NCBI GenBank assembly: GCA_030149205.1
Contig: JASBSB010000007.1
Span: forward strand, 60,001-92,000
Reading direction: 5' to 3'
DNA from: Candidatus Heimdallarchaeota archaeon
Lineage (GTDB): Archaea; Asgardarchaeota; Heimdallarchaeia; Heimdallarchaeales; Kariarchaeaceae
Length of the DNA: 32,000 nucleotides
Shown here piece after piece: positions 26,401-32,000 of the stretch. How positions within the stretch are numbered: the stretch's first letter is position 1; every line of letters begins with the position of its first letter. The notes below the pieces were generated by a model. The model worked only from the letters and a program-made list of their open reading frames with translations. It was not told the DNA's origin and made no database searches. The position numbers and the translations under genes were made by a program.

Positions 26401-29183
26401 GGTTATATTTTGGTTTTGAAAGTACTGGATTAGGTTATGTCACATTTGACTTTACAAATAAAATCCTAATTGAAAAGTTAGAATTTTATAAACTGAAGGG
26501 GGTAGGGAAAAACCAAATAATTAATCTCTTTTCCTCAATTATTCGAATTATTGGATCACATTACAGATATGAACCAAACGATTGGGAAAATAATACTGTA
26601 GGTTGGGTGAAGTATACAGAAATTACGCAAAGTTGGTTCCGTCCATACCTCAAAAAAATTGCAAAAAATTGGAATATTAATTTAAATTTACTCTTACAGT
26701 TCATTTTATCCGGATTAAATAAAATTGGTCACAAACAAGGGATATTAAACATAGAATATTTGGATCTTCGTATTGCAGAAGAACATGAAAAAGTATACAT
26801 ATGTGAAAATTGTAGAACAATTCACCTTCATGACTCAAATTTTTGTTGTACCTTTTGTTTTGAGTCAATCAAAGAATCTGATCAAACTGTATTAGATATA
26901 AGATCCAAAAACTATCTTATTCGAAGTGGAATAGGTAATTCAAATATATTCAGGTTACATAGTGAAGAGTTAACAGGACAAACTGATAATCAATTGGAAC
27001 GTCAAAGAAAGTTTAGAGATGTTTTCGTTAATTCAGATGAAATAAGGCAAGTTGAAACTATAGATTTATTATCTGTCACAACAACTATGGAGGTGGGAGT
27101 TGATATTGGTGACTTACAGACAGTCATTATGGCAAATATGCCACCAATGAGATTTAATTATCAACAGAGAGTAGGAAGGGCTGGTAGAAGAGGTCAACCA
27201 TTTTCCTATGCACTAACTATCGCAAGAGACCGTCCTCACGATGAATATTATTTTACAAACCCTCATAGCTTAACAAATGATATTCCTCCAACCCCATTTC
27301 TTACTGCAGAGAACGAACAAATTCAAATAAGACTTATTACAAAAGAAGTACTAAGACGCGCATTTAAGAATGCAGGTGTCACTACTCATGACTCTCCGAA
27401 TAATGATACTCATGGTCAATTTGGAGAGATTAAAGATTGGGAACACTCAAAAGAGTTAGTAGTTTCATGGCTCCAAAATCAAAATAATGAAATTAAAAAG
27501 ATTATAGATGTTATTGTTAAAAATGGAAAATTAGAAAACAAAATTGTTGAAGATTACCTATCATATATTCAAAATAATTTACCTGAAAAAATAGACAATA
27601 TAATATCTGATGAAACCTACTCTGGATCGGGACTGGCTGAAAAATTAGCTGAAGCTGGTATTTTACCAATGTTTGGAATGCCATCTCGTTTAAGAGATTT
27701 GTTTCATGGAAAAGATGATGATAAAAGGATTGTAAAATCTATTCAAAGAGATCAATCTATAGCAATTTCTGAATTTGCACCTAATTCTCAAAAGACAAAG
27801 GATAAAGGAATTTTAACTGCAATTGGATTCACAAATGATTTATATTATGATTATTCAGGGGTTAAACCAAGAAATTCGGGAAATCCAATTGCTAATAAAA
27901 GGCAGATGGTCTCTTGTACAAAATGTGGATATTTTAACATGAAACTTTTAAATGAAGCCACTGAATTAAACTGTCCGAGATGTTTTGAATCTAGGGAAAA
28001 TGGTTACTTCATACTTCAGGTAGGAAGTCCCATTGCCTATAGAACAAATTTTCAAAATCCGGATGATGCAGCTAACGATTATATTGTAAGATCTAGCTCT
28101 TCTCAATTACAAGTACAGGACACAGAGAATCCAGGAGAAAAATTTGTACGTTGTAACATTACTTTTAATAACATGGATCCAGTATGGAAAGTGAATTCAA
28201 ATAATAATTTAGGGTTTAAAGGGGGCATAATTTCAACATTTGGAAAAATAAGAGGATTTAACTTAGACAATCAATGGATTTTAGAAGATTACATGCAAGG
28301 GATCGTAAGAAATGATGATAAAAAATCAGTCGAATTTGAAAATATAGGTTTATATGCACAACAGGTTACAGGAGTTCTTAGATTCAAACCTAGTCAAATA
28401 ATTGAAGGGATTAAATATGATATATGGAATTCTGAAGATTTAGAAATGGGGATTGTTGCTGCGGTTTATTCATCTGCATATTTATTAAAGCGTTTTCTAT
28501 CGAATCATTTAGACATTGATCCAAATGAAATTAATGTCCCAAAAATTCGAAGAGTTAAGTTAAATAACAATTTTGTCACTGAAGCTGCACTTAGTGATGC
28601 GCTTGAGAATGGATCAGGGTTTACAGAATATCTAAAGTCAAGATGGGTTGAGTTGATTGATAATCTACTTAACTCAGACGAAGGATTTGGGGGGTTTATT
28701 AGATCAGATGCCCACCAAGCATGTATGAATGCATGTTACAGGTGTTTAAAATCTTATAGGAATATGAGTTTTCATTCCATTTTTGATTGGCGTCTGGGAT
28801 TGACCTATTTAAAACTACTAATGGAAAAAAGTTACAACTGCGGTTTAGATGGAGATTTCACATCTGTTGAATTAAAAAATTGGTTTGAGTTCGTTCAATC
28901 ATCATTGAAAAATTTTGTAAAAAGATTTAAGCACAAAAACTTTAAAATAACTCAAATAGAATCCATTCCGGCCCTATCTTTGAAACATGAAACTAAAAAT
29001 AAGATAATTTTAATAACTCATCCGTTTTGGGATAACAAAAACCCTTATGGAATCCTAGCTAAAGCAATAGCTCGAGTTCAAGAACATGAATTAATCTTTA
29101 TCAATTCGTTTGATCTGAGCAGAAGACCAACGTGGTGTTATCAAAATATTTTTTCTGAGAATTTAGATTGGTTTCCAGAATAA
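23406..29183 (+). CDS. 1925-aa DEAD/DEAH SF2 helicase with C-terminal DUF1998, DruE-like
   Basis: YNHQ, TSGTGSGKTEAF, LYPMNALIEDQ, PPDILITNYSML, IIDELH, SSAS, IFSDSRE, TTTMEVGVDIG, QQRVGRAGRR. DUF1998-type D.LENGSGF and C-x3-CYRCLKSYRN...FDWRLG. GTG start. Confidence 0.9.
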   Translation: MDDPIQVFNDINNNIIRYIRTAFGTDHKNIEDEREFLLKNSNLFSQIPYIEILPEYLTSGKKITDLTSQDLPQLSVKEVEQFIELVKMGLIGDYELYNHQLEMLKRSLNGQNCIITSGTGSGKTEAFLLPLFASLVKEFKNWTSPTPINKRNNDWWSNSTWKSEHFTKGKQPRIKESYFVKQRGHETRKSGIRALLLYPMNALIEDQLTRLRRSLDTESIRQWFTENCENNFIYFGRYNGSTPVSGTELNQKGNPNRSKITDLESKMREMESTFEAAIREEQLNNKEGEIRYFFQNPFGSEMRSRWDMQSNPPDILITNYSMLGIMMMREEEDQIFSLTKEWLEEDQNNIFHLIIDELHLFRGTQGAEVSYLLKLFLSRIGLHPGHNQLRVLASSASLSAEDEKSFEFIEAFFGMKRGNFSLISGDLKIPDSKNILKLNKGDLDLIVDNLSSLSGNSLVEHFQNRFTRNSLLQFSNLLKSNFLDTNEKRYITISILELAKRIYPNVEDKNTLLNEIGKLLRLRGAFSNNKLLPSFRIHLLYRTIKGFWGSVKPDLLANPKNSVFLEPQVFDSNLNKVAELLYCEQCGAIFYGGFRFQTKSSTELILTDYNFSRLPDRTPNFEFYRRSFYEYIVFYPNFNNENIQEENWSVSPKLKTGQNIENLTDKRTGHWKKAKINRFTGEIKIGNEDEIDWINGFIYSLSSDNKYSISPELHRYRAAPNICISCGVDYRKRKLDSPIRAFRTGLSKLSQLFIKELFMQLPENQVKKTVIFSDSREDAATISNGIERSHYQELIRDLLLSLSEIILDGQLAFIEFYNDLEGEKLEDLILLIAQYEFQKGLKIFLEKYEGNKVERIKKINEAYPKILETIFNLQEEINTDLTEITSEAKRKLRKKKINETQEIYDMIKLKIENRILSIVDFLSFENNNGYLIKKLLELGINPGGPDISLKYTIDGQIWTKIYDFENLTTKKVLNVELNQLKDKITKKLQSNILSILFRRLYFGFESTGLGYVTFDFTNKILIEKLEFYKLKGVGKNQIINLFSSIIRIIGSHYRYEPNDWENNTVGWVKYTEITQSWFRPYLKKIAKNWNINLNLLLQFILSGLNKIGHKQGILNIEYLDLRIAEEHEKVYICENCRTIHLHDSNFCCTFCFESIKESDQTVLDIRSKNYLIRSGIGNSNIFRLHSEELTGQTDNQLERQRKFRDVFVNSDEIRQVETIDLLSVTTTMEVGVDIGDLQTVIMANMPPMRFNYQQRVGRAGRRGQPFSYALTIARDRPHDEYYFTNPHSLTNDIPPTPFLTAENEQIQIRLITKEVLRRAFKNAGVTTHDSPNNDTHGQFGEIKDWEHSKELVVSWLQNQNNEIKKIIDVIVKNGKLENKIVEDYLSYIQNNLPEKIDNIISDETYSGSGLAEKLAEAGILPMFGMPSRLRDLFHGKDDDKRIVKSIQRDQSIAISEFAPNSQKTKDKGILTAIGFTNDLYYDYSGVKPRNSGNPIANKRQMVSCTKCGYFNMKLLNEATELNCPRCFESRENGYFILQVGSPIAYRTNFQNPDDAANDYIVRSSSSQLQVQDTENPGEKFVRCNITFNNMDPVWKVNSNNNLGFKGGIISTFGKIRGFNLDNQWILEDYMQGIVRNDDKKSVEFENIGLYAQQVTGVLRFKPSQIIEGIKYDIWNSEDLEMGIVAAVYSSAYLLKRFLSNHLDIDPNEINVPKIRRVKLNNNFVTEAALSDALENGSGFTEYLKSRWVELIDNLLNSDEGFGGFIRSDAHQACMNACYRCLKSYRNMSFHSIFDWRLGLTYLKLLMEKSYNCGLDGDFTSVELKNWFEFVQSSLKNFVKRFKHKNFKITQIESIPALSLKHETKNKIILITHPFWDNKNPYGILAKAIARVQEHELIFINSFDLSRRPTWCYQNIFSENLDWFPE

Positions 29184-30916
29184 TCTTGTAGGTTATAATT
29201 TATAATTTTGAAAATTTTTCGATCTACTTCTTCCTTAGTGCTACATTGACAAATTAATATAGATTTATTTGATATTTTGTTAATTTCAGATGAAATATAA
29301 TTGTGTGAATCATTGTCTTTACATAATAGTAAATGAATTTCTAACAGAATTTTGTTTTTTTCATTTCTAACTGTTAGTTTTGGATTAGGTATTTTTTTGG
29401 TTGTAGATTTTAATTCAATAGATTTTAGTGTTAGATAGTCCTTCTTTTTAGAAGAAACTTTAACCTTTTTCCCAAAAATAGATTTAATAGTTTTTTCAAT
29501 TTCTTCTAGCTTAAACCATTCAATACATTTTTTAGAACAAAATCCATTTTTCTTAAATAATTCATCACCTAATAAATTTTTATATTCATCCTTGGTGATT
29601 ACTTTATCCAGATCATAATTATTGTTACAACCCTTACAGTTAAAATAGAATCTTCCTTCAATATCAAAAGGTAATATTAAGAATTGAAGAAAGTTATCAT
29701 CATTAAATTCTTCAATTTCTGAAAATAATTCATCAAAAGTTTGAATTAAGAAACTTTTAGATAAATCTTCTAATCTTTCGCCTTTTGTTCTATCATTTTT
29801 AATATCTTTACCCAAATTTAAAGATCCAAGATTATCACAGCTTGAAGTTAATTTTTCCCACCCAATAAATTCTTTGATTAGTTTTGCCAAACTGTTTGCA
29901 AGTGGTGGAGGAACAGCATTTCCAATAATCTTATAAAGAATCTTAAGAGTGAACCCATTTTCTGAATAAAGAGTCTCAAGCTTATCTATAATTTCACGAT
30001 CGAAACCTTGAATTGCTGCAGCTTCTTGCCATGATAGAGGTCTATTTTCATCTAATAATGGATATTTATACGAAAGAAACCATTCATAAGTAAATCTGTC
30101 ATTAATCAGGTTATCTTTCTTCATTTTGATTCCAGTTGGATGTAGTGATATAGAGCGCATGCTTGCAAGTATTGTATATGAAACGTCTTCATATCCTCTC
30201 TTCCGATTTCTAGAACGAAAGTGCCATGGTTGCGGGAATTCTAAAAATGGAAAATAATCGGATCCTGAACGAAACAATCTCCCTTCAAACTGTTTTAATT
30301 TGTCACCTATTTTGACTCCATTGTTAGCATACTTCATTAATTTGTGAAAAATTATTTCAATTGACAGATTTTTCCAATTAGGGTCTTTTTCTCGAACTTT
30401 TCGATGTATTCCAAAATAAAATAATCTTCTTCTTGCCTGCGATACCCCAAAATCAGAGGCATTTAAAATTAGTGGAAAAACATGATAAGACCCGTTGTTA
30501 ATAGAATTAAATTCATCTAGAATATAATCAAAAAAATAACCATCATAATTTGATTTTAATCCCAATACATTTTCTGCAACAAAAAAAAGTGGTTCAACTG
30601 TTTTAACAACTTGTTTAAAAAATAAAAATAACTTATTCCTTGGATCATTTTTTTCTCTCGAGCCAATCATACTAAAACCTTGACAAGGAAATCCACCAAT
30701 TACAATATTGGCCCTTGGTAATAAAGATAAATTTAAGTCTTCAATAGGGATTATTCCAATGCTTTCATTATCACGATAATTATGAATAGCTTGATATATT
30801 TTGTAAATTTCAGGTACTTTCTCATTTGCAAACACAATTTTAAACCCTTCTTTTGTAAATCCAAGATCAAGTCCTCCTATACCGCTAAATAACGAAATCA
30901 CATTTGGAGCTACCAT
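29141..30916 (-). CDS. DNA (cytosine-5) methyltransferase fused to a ~240-aa C-terminal domain
   Basis: Motif I LFSGIGG, IV GGFPCQGFS, VI ENVLGL, VIII QARRR, IX RPLSWQEAAAIQGF and X IGNAVPP, all within about aa 1-350. Confidence 0.95.
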   Translation of the reverse strand: MVAPNVISLFSGIGGLDLGFTKEGFKIVFANEKVPEIYKIYQAIHNYRDNESIGIIPIEDLNLSLLPRANIVIGGFPCQGFSMIGSREKNDPRNKLFLFFKQVVKTVEPLFFVAENVLGLKSNYDGYFFDYILDEFNSINNGSYHVFPLILNASDFGVSQARRRLFYFGIHRKVREKDPNWKNLSIEIIFHKLMKYANNGVKIGDKLKQFEGRLFRSGSDYFPFLEFPQPWHFRSRNRKRGYEDVSYTILASMRSISLHPTGIKMKKDNLINDRFTYEWFLSYKYPLLDENRPLSWQEAAAIQGFDREIIDKLETLYSENGFTLKILYKIIGNAVPPPLANSLAKLIKEFIGWEKLTSSCDNLGSLNLGKDIKNDRTKGERLEDLSKSFLIQTFDELFSEIEEFNDDNFLQFLILPFDIEGRFYFNCKGCNNNYDLDKVITKDEYKNLLGDELFKKNGFCSKKCIEWFKLEEIEKTIKSIFGKKVKVSSKKKDYLTLKSIELKSTTKKIPNPKLTVRNEKNKILLEIHLLLCKDNDSHNYISSEINKISNKSILICQCSTKEEVDRKIFKIINYNLQDYSGNQSKFSEKIF

Positions 30917-31146
30917 AAGAAATATTAAAATTCAGGTAAATTAACTTTTGGCCATTGAATAAATCAAATTGTAAGCTTTTTTTATTATTATAATATGTAC
31001 AAAATATATTCATTCTCATTTTTTTAGGGCTGTTTATTCAAACGTTTAATTTATCATATAATAGAAAAATAAATAGAATGCAGTGATTACTCTTAAATGA
31101 TTTTTAGGGTACAACCCAATTTAAAAGAGTTGTATTTTTCTTAAGA

Positions 31147-32000
31147 TCAAATTTTAATCTTGAAATGTTCAAGGTTAACATCTGATTCACCAGTCAGAAT
31201 TAAATCTCTCACTACCTCACCAATTAATGCTGTAAATTTAAATCCATGACCAGAAAACCCCCCACAAAACAGGATATTTTTATTTTTTGGGTGATAATCA
31301 ATTATAAAATTATCGTCTGGTGTAATTGTATAAAGACATCTCTCAGAGAACTCTGGAGTGGGATTTAGTCCAGGGAACATTCTCTCTGCAAATTTTGTCG
31401 TCAGTTTGACCAATTCAGAATTCACTTCCGGATCGCGTTTTGAGATATCATCAATGATCTTGTTTGAGAAATGAGGTGCGATTTTGACATACCCATCCTT
31501 TTCAAATTCTGGAAACCCATAAAACACAGGCTCTTCCCAACAGATGAAAATAGGGCTATCAACTGATTCTCGTTGCTTAAAATACATGAAGGCAACCTGC
31601 CAAATTTGTAAATAACCCAATTTGATCCCCAAATCCTCTGCGATGTTTTTTAGCCAGGCACCAGCTGTAATTACAACCTTTTTTGAGGTATATTCTCCTT
31701 TAGAAGTTATTACCTTTATTCCTTCCCTCAATCTTTGAATTGATAACACCTCTTCTTCGTCCTTCATTGTGCATCCCTGTGCTTTAGCCTGATTTTGGAG
31801 AAAGGGGAGGACCTCATCAGGATTAAGTATCCCTGCATCTGGTTGGTAGATTCCTATATAACCGCCAGGGATATTGAAATTGGGAAACCTGCCTCTCATT
31901 TCCTTAGCGTTTAATCTCTCAAACTTGATCCCTATTTTTTCTATGGATTTGATTGTTTGTAACAACCTTGGTGAATCTGGGGGGCCAAAATCTAAGCCAC
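31147..32000 (-). CDS. solA: Sarcosine oxidase / N-methyl-L-tryptophan oxidase family FAD oxidoreductase (5'-truncated)
   Basis: VVITAGAW, FYGFP, ERCLYTITPDDNFIID (Cys at the covalent-FAD position), GGFSGHGFKF. The frame is open to the window edge. Confidence 0.85.
   Translation of the reverse strand, partial: GLDFGPPDSPRLLQTIKSIEKIGIKFERLNAKEMRGRFPNFNIPGGYIGIYQPDAGILNPDEVLPFLQNQAKAQGCTMKDEEEVLSIQRLREGIKVITSKGEYTSKKVVITAGAWLKNIAEDLGIKLGYLQIWQVAFMYFKQRESVDSPIFICWEEPVFYGFPEFEKDGYVKIAPHFSNKIIDDISKRDPEVNSELVKLTTKFAERMFPGLNPTPEFSERCLYTITPDDNFIIDYHPKNKNILFCGGFSGHGFKFTALIGEVVRDLILTGESDVNLEHFKIKI

Larger units (their letters stand above)
18800..31140. mobile_element. AT-rich defence island (boundaries approximate)
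   Basis: Visibly lower GC than the flanks (roughly 25-30% versus 35-40%, by-eye sampling). It holds only helicase, nuclease, MTase and hypothetical genes. No integrase or att site seen. Confidence 0.6.

Noticed and set aside
23406-30916. DISARM class II call (helicase + DUF1998 + C5 MTase)
   Set aside because: DISARM has separate DrmA and DrmB genes plus a PLD nuclease. Here helicase and DUF1998 are one protein and no HKD motif protein is evident.
18751-31124. TACAACC at both island edges as an att site or target duplication
   Set aside because: Only 7 bp with diverging flanks, expected by chance. No recombinase nearby.
1-32000. GGCC avoidance as support for the MTase specificity
   Set aside because: I counted at least a dozen GGCC sites by eye, including several in the island. 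Too few and too imprecise to call depletion.

Overview
The window looks archaeal: it has GGTGA-type Shine-Dalgarno sites, a TATA box with a leaderless start, and a thiolase+DUF35 pair. Asgard/Heimdallarchaeia-like is my low-confidence guess. Positions 1-18.7 kb are mostly housekeeping and accessory genes: a partial bacterial-type PEP carboxylase, an enoyl-CoA hydratase/thiolase/DUF35 cluster, a membrane-anchored GldG/IFT52-like protein, an unusually long Lhr helicase coupled to a 759-aa partner, an autoregulated ArsR-SRPBCC pair, YHS, tandem DinB paralogs, DUF4256 and two membrane proteins. About 18.8-31.1 kb is an AT-rich island with a Druantia-like defence locus in an unusual alternating-strand layout. 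It encodes a 745-aa and a 334-aa ORF in the same frame separated by a single TAG, a Cas4/AddB-like Fe-S nuclease, a 1925-aa DUF1998 helicase (DruE-like) and a C5 cytosine methyltransferase with an extra Zn-finger/nuclease-like tail. A sarcosine-oxidase-family gene runs off the right edge. I found no RNA genes, CRISPR array, integrase or att sites. All family calls come from motif recognition, not database searches.
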